A program made the position numbers and the translations under genes. Under the pieces are notes generated by a model. The model was not told the origin of the DNA, did no database searches, and worked only from the letters and a program-made list of their open reading frames with translations. From positions 64,001 through 128,000 of the forward strand of contig JBDHKN010000005.1 in assembly GCA_039586365.1 (NCBI GenBank): a DNA stretch of 64,000 nucleotides. Direction: 5' to 3'. The stretch is from Gemmatimonadota bacterium (GTDB taxonomy: Bacteria > Gemmatimonadota > Gemmatimonadetes > Gemmatimonadales > GWC2-71-9). Below are positions 48,601 through 58,415 of this stretch, in pieces (the stretch's first letter is position 1; each line of letters starts with the position of its first letter).

Positions 48601-49700
48601 AGACCGCGACGATACCCGTCCGCTTACCCAGTACAGCCTACGATATTCTACTGGGAGAAGGGCTCCTCTCGGATATGGGGCCCATACTCGAGGCCCGGGT
48701 TCCTGCCGACCGGTACGCAGTAATCACCGATTCCAATGTAGCAGCCCTCTACGGTAAACAACTGGTCCAGGAACTGGGGGGCGCACCCCGCTGCCTGCTA
48801 TTCCAGTTCCCGCCGGGTGAACCAAGCAAGACCCGGGAAACGTGGGCAACTCTTACCGACGAGATGCTCGCTCGCCGGCTGGGGCGCGACACCGCAATCA
48901 TCGCATTGGGCGGTGGGGTTACTGGTGACCTCGCCGGATTCGTTGCAGGTACCTACCTACGAGGCGTTCCATACGTGCAGGTACCGACTTCAATTCTAGC
49001 TATGGTCGACAGCTCAATCGGGGGCAAGACCGGAATCGACACCGCCCACGGTAAGAACCTCGTTGGAGTTTTTCATCAACCGCAAGCCGTCGTAATCGAC
49101 CTCACGACCATAAACAGCCTGCCAACTCGACACATCTCAGCCGGTGCCGCGGAAGCGCTGAAGCACGGTGCGATCTGCGACGCAGAGTACTTCGACTGGC
49201 TGGTCTCAAACCATCGGGGCGTCTTGGCACGAAACAGTGAGGCTCTGTTCCACCTTGTCAGGCGTAGCGTGGAGCTCAAGGGCAAGGTCGTCACCGATGA
49301 CGAAAGGGAACTGGGCAGACGCGCCATTCTCAACTTCGGACACACAATTGCGCACGCACTAGAGTCCGTTTCAAGTTTCGAGATGCTGCACGGGGAGACC
49401 GTCGGGGTGGGTATGCTCGCCGCAGCTAACCTCGGGATTGAACTGGGAATAACGGATCCTTCCGCTTCTCAGAGGCTAAACACCGCCCTAGACATGCTCA
49501 ACTTACCCACTAGGCTGCCCAGCTCGGTGGATCCTGAGAGGATGCTGGCGGCGATGACACATGATAAGAAGAATCGAGGTGGGTCTGTCAGGTTTGCACT
49601 CCTCAAAAGCATAGGCCAGGCAGCGCCTGGACCTAGGGGGACGTGGACTCACACCGCACCAGACTCCACACTTCGAAGCGTTCTCGCCCGTCTGATGTAA
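48597..49700 (+). CDS. aroB: 3-dehydroquinate synthase (probable non-AUG start at 48597)
   Basis: GGGVTGD, DSSIGGKTG, KNLVG.FHQP, LNFGHT and HGE. The frame is open upstream of the track's ATG 48675 and encodes an AroB-like N-terminus. Confidence 0.93.
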   Translation: METATIPVRLPSTAYDILLGEGLLSDMGPILEARVPADRYAVITDSNVAALYGKQLVQELGGAPRCLLFQFPPGEPSKTRETWATLTDEMLARRLGRDTAIIALGGGVTGDLAGFVAGTYLRGVPYVQVPTSILAMVDSSIGGKTGIDTAHGKNLVGVFHQPQAVVIDLTTINSLPTRHISAGAAEALKHGAICDAEYFDWLVSNHRGVLARNSEALFHLVRRSVELKGKVVTDDERELGRRAILNFGHTIAHALESVSSFEMLHGETVGVGMLAAANLGIELGITDPSASQRLNTALDMLNLPTRLPSSVDPERMLAAMTHDKKNRGGSVRFALLKSIGQAAPGPRGTWTHTAPDSTLRSVLARLM

Positions 49701-49717
49701 CCGGTTGTTAAGCAATG

Positions 49718-49871
49718 AGTTGCACATTTTGCCAACACTGTGCATGTGTATTAAGTTTATATAGGGCAACACATTGAGACGTTATCAACAATATCGCTTG
49801 TCCACAGTGGATGTGTATTAGTTGACAAATTCCGGAATGCACATCCCAACAACCATTTGTGATGTGGAAAA
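49718..49871. promoter_or_regulatory. DnaA-box cluster in an AT-rich intergenic region
   Basis: One perfect box (TGTGGAAAA, 49863). Four one-mismatch boxes: TTATCAACA 49782, TTGTCCACA 49798, TGTGTATTA 49745 and 49812. Several weaker boxes. Confidence 0.75.
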
Positions 49872-49882
49872 CTGATTTTCGC

Positions 49883-49911
49883 TTGACTGGCTATCTGGCG
49901 TTTCCTATATT
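49883..49911 (+). promoter_or_regulatory. sigma70-type promoter of the sigma factor gene
   Basis: TTGACT-17 nt-TATATT. Confidence 0.7.
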
Positions 49912-49999
49912 CGGCCCGCATTAGTCGGCCATTTTGGCGGGTTCCCTCAAGCCACCCGCCCCTGCCCGCGTGGTCCGATTCTGTATAACAGGAGCGCGT

Positions 50000-50893
50000 A
50001 TGACCCAGCTCTCAGCGAGCAAGGCAAGAGCCTTTTTCTACACCGGTTCCTCCACTGCCTTCGATCAGTACTTGCAGGACATCCAGAAACTCCCCTTGAT
50101 CAAGGACCCGCAGGAAGAGCGGCGTCTGGCCCGAAGAGCCAGGAGCGGCGATCAGAGAGCAGCCGAGCAGCTAGTGACGGCCAACCTGCGGTTTGTGATC
50201 TCCTACGTGAAGAAGTATCAGGGACACGGGCTGGATCTGGCCGAGTTGGTTGCAATCGGCAACGAGGGACTTCTCAAGGCGGTGAAGAAGTTCGATCCCG
50301 ATCAGGGCGTGAAGTTCATATCGTACGCGGTATGGTGGGTACGGCAGGCAGTGCTCAAGGCTCTGGCAGAACAGACTCGTAGCGTCCGCATTCCGCTGAA
50401 CCAGAATAGCCAACTCATCCGGATGTCTCGCACGGAGACGTTTCTCTCCCAGGAACTGGGGCGTGAGCCGACCGATAAGGAGATAGCACGAGCACTGGAC
50501 GAGACAGTGACCAACGTGCGGAACGCGCGACGGATGACAGCAGCAGAGGTCTCGCTCGATGCCCCAATTGACCGGACCGACAAGGACGCCGCAACACTCG
50601 GTGAACGATTTGCTGGCCAGGAAGGCACAGAGATAGAAGATCACACCGATGGGAACCTCATGCGGGAGTTCATAGATCGAGTCTTCGAGAAGTACCTCAC
50701 TCCTAGGGAGCGGAAGATCCTGTACTTGTATTACGGTTTGGAGGAAGGATCTGAGGGGATGACGCTCGAGAAGATCGGAGCTCTCATGGGGGTCACCCGC
50801 GAGCGGATCAGACAGATTCGCGAGCGGGCTTTCGAGAAACTTCGGGAAAGCCCGGACGGTGCCGCGCTCATGGGATTCTGGAGGGCCGCATAG
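50000..50893 (+). CDS. RNA polymerase sigma70 factor, RpoD/SigA-like, lacking region 1.1
   Basis: ANLRFV, GNEGL, KF.SYAVWWVRQ and TRERIRQI. AGGAG RBS before ATG 50000. Confidence 0.93.
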   Translation: MTQLSASKARAFFYTGSSTAFDQYLQDIQKLPLIKDPQEERRLARRARSGDQRAAEQLVTANLRFVISYVKKYQGHGLDLAELVAIGNEGLLKAVKKFDPDQGVKFISYAVWWVRQAVLKALAEQTRSVRIPLNQNSQLIRMSRTETFLSQELGREPTDKEIARALDETVTNVRNARRMTAAEVSLDAPIDRTDKDAATLGERFAGQEGTEIEDHTDGNLMREFIDRVFEKYLTPRERKILYLYYGLEEGSEGMTLEKIGALMGVTRERIRQIRERAFEKLRESPDGAALMGFWRAA

Positions 50894-50927
50894 CGGATCT
50901 ACCTCATGGCAACGCAGTGACTCCTCC

Positions 50928-50968
50928 GAGGGGACCCTGGCGTTTGCCTGGGTCCCCTCCTTCATTTT
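50928..50968 (+). terminator. Intrinsic terminator after the sigma gene
   Basis: GAGGGGACCC/GGGTCCCCTC stem followed by CTTCATTTT. Confidence 0.7.
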
Positions 50969-51129
50969 GCATCTGGACGCCCCCTGAACACCACCACAGC
51001 CTTATTATTCGTATGCGTAGTCACCCCCACCGATCGCATTAGCTCCACGGTCACACGTGGCCCCCGAGGTAGAACCATGGCAATAGGCAACCCTAGCAGC
51101 TACACCGTGTGGTTGACCCACAGTCTGAG

Positions 51130-52629
51130 ATGACGATTCCTCCGGCCGCAATCGACGCGCTATGCTCCGTGGTCGGCGACCAGTGGGTTCGCACCAGCGC
51201 TGCCGCATTGGAGACCTATGCCAGCGATGGTCTGCCAACGCACCACTCATGTCCTGGGGCTGTAGTGATTCCTGAAAATGCAGCCCAAGTCGTGGGGGTG
51301 TTACGAGCCCTCGAGCAACACGCGGTGCCGTTCGTGGCGAGAGGAGCGGGCACCGGTCTCTCGGGTGGAGCGCTCGCTTCAGAAGGTGCTGTCTTAGTGG
51401 CTCTAACCCGCCTCACCCACATTTGCGAAATCGATCCCATGAACCGAAGAGCGGTTGTGGAACCTGGGGTCATCAACGCGCAGCTGTCGGCCGCCACTGA
51501 ACCGTTCGGGCTACACTACGCTCCAGATCCTTCCAGCCAATCGGTCTGTACGCTTGGCGGGAATGTCGCTGAGAACGCTGGGGGGCCCCACTGTCTCAAG
51601 TACGGTGTGACTGGCAACCACATTCTGGAGCTGGAGGTTGCTCTGCCGAACGGGGAGTTAACCACATTGGGGTCACCGGGGGGAGAGCCCTGGGGACCGG
51701 ATCTGGTAGGACTCTTTGTCGGTAGCGAGGGAATGTTCGGGATCGCTACCAGAATCACCGTCAAGCTCACTCCCTTGCCTCGAGCGGTGCGCACCCTGCT
51801 CGCCGATTTCTCATCACTCCGAACGGCTGGGGAAGCCGTTACCGCGATCATCTCGTCCGGCATAGTGCCGGCGGCCCTCGAGATGATGGATCAGAAATGC
51901 GTGACCGCCGTCGAGGCGTCCATCTACCGAGCAGGCTATCCAACTGATGTCTCTGCTGTCTTGATAGTGGAAGTGGATGGCACGACCGAAGCGGCGGTTG
52001 CGGAAGAGACAGGACAGATAGCCTCGATCTTACAGAGCTCAGGGGCACGGAGTGTCACCACAGCGAGTGACCCGAAGCAGCGGGCACGCCTCTGGCAGGG
52101 CCGCAAGAAAGCCTTTGGAGCGATGGGCCGAATCGATTCCGACCTATCTGTGCAAGATGCGGTCGTCCCACGCACGCTGCTTCCTGACATTCTCGAGCAG
52201 ATAAGCCGGATCGGAATCGACTACGGCCTCTCAGTCTGCAACGTATTTCATGCCGGTGACGGCAACCTCCATCCTAACATCGCTTTCAACGGCAAGGATC
52301 CGGTCATGCGCAAGCGCGTAGAACGTGCTTCCAACGCCATCATGCACCTGTGCGTTGAGGGGGGAGGGACGATAACCGGAGAACACGGAGTCGGATTGGA
52401 CAAGCGCAACCTCATGCCGCTCATCTTCGATCCGGACACGCTGGGGTTGATGCGCCGCATCCGACGCGCATTCGATCCTGATGAACGGGCAAATCCCGGC
52501 AAAGTCTTGCCAACCCACAGCTGTAGGAAGCAGCGGATGGGATCACCACAACCCCAGGAGCGATTCGACTACGGATCCGGGACGCGACGGACCGCGCAAT
52601 TGGCACCGCAACCCCCGGCTGAACGATGA
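51130..52629 (+). CDS. glcD: Glycolate oxidase FAD subunit GlcD-like
   Basis: RGAGTGLSGG, PDPSS, ENAGGPHCLKYG, HAGDGNLH and GEHGVG. Confidence 0.9.
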   Translation: MTIPPAAIDALCSVVGDQWVRTSAAALETYASDGLPTHHSCPGAVVIPENAAQVVGVLRALEQHAVPFVARGAGTGLSGGALASEGAVLVALTRLTHICEIDPMNRRAVVEPGVINAQLSAATEPFGLHYAPDPSSQSVCTLGGNVAENAGGPHCLKYGVTGNHILELEVALPNGELTTLGSPGGEPWGPDLVGLFVGSEGMFGIATRITVKLTPLPRAVRTLLADFSSLRTAGEAVTAIISSGIVPAALEMMDQKCVTAVEASIYRAGYPTDVSAVLIVEVDGTTEAAVAEETGQIASILQSSGARSVTTASDPKQRARLWQGRKKAFGAMGRIDSDLSVQDAVVPRTLLPDILEQISRIGIDYGLSVCNVFHAGDGNLHPNIAFNGKDPVMRKRVERASNAIMHLCVEGGGTITGEHGVGLDKRNLMPLIFDPDTLGLMRRIRRAFDPDERANPGKVLPTHSCRKQRMGSPQPQERFDYGSGTRRTAQLAPQPPAER

Positions 52630-53840
52630 TCGACAAGCAACTCCGTGTCTTGGTCGGAGAAAGAGGATTGCTTGGCGCTGACGCCAGCGGCATTCCGAGA
52701 GTAGCCCCTCATACAGATGAAGAGTGCGCCCTCGTACTGAGCGCCGCATCCAGCGAAGGCTGGCACGTGCGGATCGAAGGTTCGGGCACGTGGATCCCGA
52801 GTGACGCACCAGCAGACTTCGCTCTGACGACCCGCAATCTGAGGGGAGTGACCGACCTCAATCCCGCAGATCTAGTTGCCACTGTGCGGGCAGGGACCGG
52901 CTGGGCCAATCTACGCTCGACAGTGCTGGATCAGGGGGCGTGGGTCGTAGCTGACCCTCCAGGAAGTGGTCGATCCGTCGGATCCATAGTCGCCACCGCC
53001 AGCTCAGGTCCACTCAGGACAGGGTTTGGAACACTCCGGGACCAGATGTTGGGACTTACACTGGCCACTGGCAATGGAGAGATCGTACGAGTGGGCGGCA
53101 GAGTTGTTAAGAACGTCGCAGGTTATGACATCACGAAGTTAGCCGTGGGCAGCTTTGGCGCGTTTGGCGTCATCACTTCCGTGAACCTCCGCCTCCGGGC
53201 CGTCCCCCGCGTTGACGCTACCATGCTGGCGTACGGGGAGCGGGATGGGTTACTGAGGGCGGCCAGGAGTATTCTCGAAGCCGGTACCACACCAGCGGCA
53301 CTAGAAGTAGTATCACCGCTCGCGACCGGCCAGTCACGGTGGGCCGTGATAATACGACTGTTGGGATCTGACGCCGCTGTCAACGCGGACCGTTTGACCA
53401 TTGCTTCCGCCGTCGCTCCCATCGCTCTGAAGGAGCTGGACACGAGCGAAGCCGCCCAGCTATGGCAGACTCTGCTGACCAAGGCAACAACGGGGGAGAC
53501 AACTCTGAGGCTTGGCGCACTCCCGACTGCTCTTGAGACAGCCCTCGACACCCTGGCACACCATGTCGACGAAGCGTGCGACGACTGGATTATGGTGAGC
53601 GTTCCAGCAGGTGTCGTCCGATGGTCGGGTGCGGCACCCCCCAACCGGCTACGTCTTCTGCGTGGGGTCTGCGCCCAACACGAGATGCCGATGACAATCG
53701 AGCGAGCTCCCTGGCACATACGTTCAACCATCGGTCATTTCGGAGCCTACCGTGAAAGCGTCGGCCGGATCATCGCCTCACTGCGTCGATCCTTCGATGG
53801 CCGTGGGATTCTAGTGGTCCCCTTGAGTGACGAGTCGTGA
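52626..53840 (+). CDS. glcE: Glycolate oxidase FAD subunit GlcE-like
   Basis: GGRVVKNVAGYD..KL.VGSFG; lies between glcD and glcF. Confidence 0.87.
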   Translation: MIDKQLRVLVGERGLLGADASGIPRVAPHTDEECALVLSAASSEGWHVRIEGSGTWIPSDAPADFALTTRNLRGVTDLNPADLVATVRAGTGWANLRSTVLDQGAWVVADPPGSGRSVGSIVATASSGPLRTGFGTLRDQMLGLTLATGNGEIVRVGGRVVKNVAGYDITKLAVGSFGAFGVITSVNLRLRAVPRVDATMLAYGERDGLLRAARSILEAGTTPAALEVVSPLATGQSRWAVIIRLLGSDAAVNADRLTIASAVAPIALKELDTSEAAQLWQTLLTKATTGETTLRLGALPTALETALDTLAHHVDEACDDWIMVSVPAGVVRWSGAAPPNRLRLLRGVCAQHEMPMTIERAPWHIRSTIGHFGAYRESVGRIIASLRRSFDGRGILVVPLSDES

Positions 53841-55114
53841 ACGGATACGGAATTGTGGGTCTCAACCCTTGCGTCCACTGCGGCTTCTGCCTGCAGAGTT
53901 GCCCAACCTATTTGGCGACCGGTGATGAGTCCGACAGTCCGCGGGGTCGGATAGTCCTGATCAAGGCCCTAGTGGAAGGCCGTCTTCCGCCGACCGAGCA
54001 GAGTCTGGCCCACCACATTGATCGATGCCTCGGCTGCCGCGCATGCGAAACCGTCTGCCCATCGGGCGTTGAGTACGGGCCCGCGTTGGAGCATACCCGG
54101 GCAATACTCGCCCATACGCGGCCCATACCGTTGACCGCACGTCTTGTGAACGCGGTCCTTGCCGAGGTTCGGCTACGCCGACCGCTTCTGGCGCTGGCCC
54201 GGACCGCCAGACCCACTGCACGAGCACTCGCTGGTAATTCACGACTTGGATTCGCCTTAGGCATGTTGGGCGCGACAGCCGCATGGCCCAGCGGTAGGGA
54301 AGCCGGTGGACCGGCACTTTCCCGCGGGACGATGAGAGACGATGGACTGGCAACACATAGGTCGCCCGACACCAGACCCAGCATCCTGTTCATGGGTTGC
54401 ATAATGGAGGGCCTGTTCGCACACGTACACAGGGCCACACAGCGAACTCTCACCGCAAATGGATTTGATTTTGCGGCCGTACCAAGCCAAGTCTGCTGCG
54501 GGGCACTCCACGCGCACACTGGACAGCACGCCAAAGCAATGGAACTGGCGCGGACGAATGTTGCAGCCTTCGCAGCTCATCCGGACGCGTTCGTCGTGGT
54601 CGACAGTGCCGGCTGCGGGGCCATGCTCAAAGAATACGGTCGCCTCCTTGCCGGAGATCCCCTGGAGTCAGAGGCAGTTGCATTGTCCGGACGGGTGCAG
54701 GACGTCTGCGAACTTCTGGCTGAGGCGGGTCCCCGAGAGGGAGCGAAGATACGGCTTCGCGTGGCATATGATCCCCCCTGCCATCTCTTGCACGCGCAGG
54801 GCATCCAGGAGGCACCTCTGCAGATGCTGAGTTCAGTTCCCGGTTTAGAATGTGTTCAGCCCCGAGCAGCGGAGCTTTGCTGTGGCAGCGCCGGCAGCTA
54901 CTCGCTGACCGAAACCGTGCTATCACGCACCGTTCTGAATCAGAAAATCGAGGCCCTCAGAGCAGTCGAGCCGGATCTGGTTGCGTCCGGGAATCCAGGT
55001 TGCATCATGCAGATTGGAGCAGGCCTGGCTGCCAGCGGCTCCGAGGTTCGCGTAGTACATCCCGTGGAAATACTCGATTGGTCATACCAGGAGGCCGGGA
55101 TGTATGACCTCTGA
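53837..55114 (+). CDS. glcF: Glycolate oxidase Fe-S subunit GlcF-like
   Basis: CVHCGFC..SCP, CLGCRACETVCP, two CCG domains and NPGC. Confidence 0.9.
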   Translation: MNGYGIVGLNPCVHCGFCLQSCPTYLATGDESDSPRGRIVLIKALVEGRLPPTEQSLAHHIDRCLGCRACETVCPSGVEYGPALEHTRAILAHTRPIPLTARLVNAVLAEVRLRRPLLALARTARPTARALAGNSRLGFALGMLGATAAWPSGREAGGPALSRGTMRDDGLATHRSPDTRPSILFMGCIMEGLFAHVHRATQRTLTANGFDFAAVPSQVCCGALHAHTGQHAKAMELARTNVAAFAAHPDAFVVVDSAGCGAMLKEYGRLLAGDPLESEAVALSGRVQDVCELLAEAGPREGAKIRLRVAYDPPCHLLHAQGIQEAPLQMLSSVPGLECVQPRAAELCCGSAGSYSLTETVLSRTVLNQKIEALRAVEPDLVASGNPGCIMQIGAGLAASGSEVRVVHPVEILDWSYQEAGMYDL

Positions 55115-56123
55115 CAAACAGAACATCTCGCGCATCGCCACTCCGGGCGTCTCCGTCGTCGGTTCACACGACATAGAACCGTACCTGGCAGACGCCGTCC
55201 GTTTTGGAGCCCTCGTCGCTCCAGCAAGCGATGTCGCTGTCATAAAGGTGACTGGCCCAGGTGCCGTGGACTGCATGCAGGGACTACTCACCAATGACCT
55301 AGAGAGCCCTGGTGACAACGCTTTCATCTACGCCGCGCTACTGACTCACAAGGGGATGATCGTGAGTGACATGTGGGTTGCTCGGCAAGCATCCGATCTG
55401 ACTCTATTCGCTCCACACGCTGGAGTTCACGCGCTCACTACGGCACTAGAACGCTCCCTGCCCCCACGGCTGGCTCGATTCGAAGATGCCTCTGGCCTAC
55501 GCCATGTACTCCGTCTCGTTGGCCCTGGTAGTCCTGACGTTGTCGCCCGCGCAAACTTGCCTGAGACAGGGCCCGGTCAGCTAGTGGAGCGCGACGGTGT
55601 CGTGATTGCCCGGCCTTCCGACGACGGGCCGTTCACAGTACAAATCGAGGGCCCGCAACGCGACGAGCCACGCTTGCTAAAGACCCTTGCTACAGCAGGA
55701 GCAGAGGTAGGCGCTCAGCCAACTCTCGAGCTAGCCCGCATACTGCGCGGATGGCCCCGTCTGGGCGCAGAAATCGATACCAAGACCCTACCCCAAGAGG
55801 TACGCTACGACGAAATCGGCGGCTTGTCGTATTCGAAAGGATGTTACGTCGGTCAGGAGACCGTGGCGAGACTTCACTTCCGTGGACACACGAACAAACG
55901 CCTCGTTGGACTACTCTGGGATGCTCCACCCAACCCGAACGCGCGAGAGGTCTCTCTGGACGGAACCAATGTAGGGAGGGTCTCGAGTCTCGCCTCTCTC
56001 GATCACAGCAACTTGCACGTGGGGATCGCGATGATTCGGCGAGAGGTGGACGTGGGGACCAGCGTATTAGCCGGTGGTCTGAAAGCGAGAACCGTGGAAC
56101 TTCCGTTCCAGTTCGAACGATGA
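55104..56123 (+). CDS. ygfZ: YgfZ/GcvT-family folate-binding protein
   Basis: KGCYVGQE signature. Confidence 0.88.
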   Translation: MTSDKQNISRIATPGVSVVGSHDIEPYLADAVRFGALVAPASDVAVIKVTGPGAVDCMQGLLTNDLESPGDNAFIYAALLTHKGMIVSDMWVARQASDLTLFAPHAGVHALTTALERSLPPRLARFEDASGLRHVLRLVGPGSPDVVARANLPETGPGQLVERDGVVIARPSDDGPFTVQIEGPQRDEPRLLKTLATAGAEVGAQPTLELARILRGWPRLGAEIDTKTLPQEVRYDEIGGLSYSKGCYVGQETVARLHFRGHTNKRLVGLLWDAPPNPNAREVSLDGTNVGRVSSLASLDHSNLHVGIAMIRREVDVGTSVLAGGLKARTVELPFQFER

Positions 56124-57340
56124 AGCGTTGGCGCGGGGTTGGACCAGGTGTGATCGTGGCCGCGGCGTTCATCGGGCCAGGGACCGTCACCACCGCCACG
56201 CTTGCAGGCGCCCGATTCGGAGTCACATTGCTCTGGGCTCTGCTGTTTGCGACGGTGGCCACAATCGTGCTCCAAGAAATGAGCGCCCGTTTGGGACTCG
56301 CCACCGGATCGGGATTGGGGCAGGCACTCCGCGGGGTTGGGGGGCCTCCTTGGCTTGGCATCATGCTGGCAGCCTTGGCAGCCGTGGCGGTCATCGGAGG
56401 GGCAGCCGCATACGAGGCAGGCAACCTCACCGGGGCTGCACTGGGAATGGAATCCGTCACGGGCATCCCCCTGCGTGTGTGGGTCAGCGTAGGCACGGTC
56501 CTGGCTGGAATGCTACTCTGGACGGGACAATACCGTCTCGTTGAGCGCGTGCTTGCGGTGTGCGTTGCGGTAATGGGAGTGGTGTTCCTGACCACGGCGA
56601 TCTTGGTTGCACCACACCTGGCCGAGTTGCTTCAAGGGATGTTTGTTCCACGGCTTCCCAGCAGTTCTGAGTCCACCCGTTTCTTCCTGAGCAATTCCGA
56701 GTTCACCGCTCTTGCACTCGTCGGAACAACCATCGTTCCCTACAATCTCTTCCTCCACGCGGCTGCGGTGAACGAAAGATGGTCAGACGTACGCGAGTTG
56801 CCCGCAGTGCGCTGGGACCTAATCCTGGCGATCGGGTTGGGCGGTATTGTTTCAGCTGCCGTGGTGGTCACTGCGTCGGCTGCCCTCAATGGAACAGAGG
56901 TGGGTTCTGCTGGTGAAATGGCGACCCAACTCGAGCCTCTCCTGGGACCATGGGCGCGCCAAGCATTTGCCATCGGCTATGCGGCCGCAGGAATATCATC
57001 TGCGATCACCGCCCCTTTGGCAGGAGCCTACACCCTCCTTGATACGCTGGGCCGAGGTCGCGACGTACGGCAAGTCGGAGCCCGTGCAGTGTGGTTCGGT
57101 TGCATTCTCGTAGGTGCCGGGACAGCACTTGTCGGAATGCGGCCCGTGCCACTCATCTTCGTCGCGCAGATCGTGAACGGACTGGTACTCCCCATCGTCG
57201 CAGTCGTTCTCTTGATTGCGATGAACGACAAACGCCGACTTGGAGGCTACGTCAACGGCTGGCGCGGAAACGTCGCTGGTGGAGCCGTGGTCATACTCTG
57301 CACTGTGCTCGGTGCGCGTGCCGTGCTACTAGCATTCTGA
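56120..57340 (+). CDS. NRAMP-related (YcsG-like) transporter
   Basis: Many TM helices, AAFIGPG, QEMSARLG and GTTIVPYNLFLH. ATGA overlap with ygfZ. Confidence 0.85.
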   Translation: MKRWRGVGPGVIVAAAFIGPGTVTTATLAGARFGVTLLWALLFATVATIVLQEMSARLGLATGSGLGQALRGVGGPPWLGIMLAALAAVAVIGGAAAYEAGNLTGAALGMESVTGIPLRVWVSVGTVLAGMLLWTGQYRLVERVLAVCVAVMGVVFLTTAILVAPHLAELLQGMFVPRLPSSSESTRFFLSNSEFTALALVGTTIVPYNLFLHAAAVNERWSDVRELPAVRWDLILAIGLGGIVSAAVVVTASAALNGTEVGSAGEMATQLEPLLGPWARQAFAIGYAAAGISSAITAPLAGAYTLLDTLGRGRDVRQVGARAVWFGCILVGAGTALVGMRPVPLIFVAQIVNGLVLPIVAVVLLIAMNDKRRLGGYVNGWRGNVAGGAVVILCTVLGARAVLLAF

Positions 57341-57356
57341 AGGCCTTAGCAAATCC

Positions 57357-58349
57357 GTGATGGACGTCTTTCTCACTGGTGGTACCGGCTTAGTGGGCAG
57401 CCACGCAATCCAGCACCTGCGGGCTGCCGGACACACTGTGCGCGCCATGGTGCGCGATGCTGCCGGCGCAGATCAGGTGCAGTTCCTGGGAGGCATACCA
57501 ATACGAGGGCGCATAGAAGATGAATCGTGTTGGGATGCAGCTGGAGTGGCTGACGCCATCGTGCACACCGCTGCTATGGTGACCCAGCAACGATCGTGGG
57601 AGACCTACCGGGCCGTGAATGTCACCGGCACGAGGTTCGCCGCCCAAGCAGCAGTCCGTTCGGGCGCCAGGTTGGTGCATCTTTCATCTGTATCCGTATA
57701 CGGTCGGCGATCGGCGATTAGCAGAGGCGCCGTGGACGAGGATGCACCTTGGGCACCGCTGGCATCCACCGATTACTACGCGCGTTCAAAGCGCCTGGCC
57801 GAACAAGTACTATGGAGTGTGACGCGGGCGAATGGAGTCTCTGCGCTTGCACTGAGACCCTGCGTCATCTACGGTGAGCGCGACAGGGTGTTTCTTCCGC
57901 ATGTCATCAGAGCTCTCAGATTCAAGATGTCACCTATCATAGGTCACGGCAACAACGTGCTGGCTGCGGTGTATGCTGGTAACGTTGCCGCGGCGATCGT
58001 GGCAGCCCTCGGGCACCCAGACGTGGAGGGCCCATTCAACATCACAAATGATGGGCCAATGACTCAACGCGAATTCTTCGCTGCCGTGGCCGAAGCTATG
58101 GGACAACGCGTGAAGCTCGTCCGCATCCCGTTAGTGGCAGCCAAAGCTCTCGCAGTATCGTACTTTCGACTGCAGCGACTCATCCGTCCCGGGAGGTACC
58201 CCGGTATGCCGGCTTCGGCGGCTTCGTTTCTAGCCACGGAAAACCCATACACTTCGGAGCGGGCCGAACGACAATTGGGGTGGAGGCCCACAACAGCGCC
58301 CATCGAGGCGGTAGCTCGAGCGGTGAGATCGTTCATGAACCAGAAATGA
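57357..58349 (+). CDS. NAD-dependent epimerase/dehydratase (extended SDR)
   Basis: TGGTGLVG, HLSS and YARSK. Confidence 0.9.
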   Translation: MMDVFLTGGTGLVGSHAIQHLRAAGHTVRAMVRDAAGADQVQFLGGIPIRGRIEDESCWDAAGVADAIVHTAAMVTQQRSWETYRAVNVTGTRFAAQAAVRSGARLVHLSSVSVYGRRSAISRGAVDEDAPWAPLASTDYYARSKRLAEQVLWSVTRANGVSALALRPCVIYGERDRVFLPHVIRALRFKMSPIIGHGNNVLAAVYAGNVAAAIVAALGHPDVEGPFNITNDGPMTQREFFAAVAEAMGQRVKLVRIPLVAAKALAVSYFRLQRLIRPGRYPGMPASAASFLATENPYTSERAERQLGWRPTTAPIEAVARAVRSFMNQK

Positions 58350-58415
58350 GAATGAACCGGTTGGCAGTTGCCGGCCATATTCCCTAGCGTTGGCCACCGG
58401 AAGAGGAGTGTTTGC

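Noticed and set aside
47713..49700. Phenazine biosynthesis cluster (phzF next to aroB)
   Set aside because: No phzA/B, D, E or G; stand-alone PhzF homologues are common.
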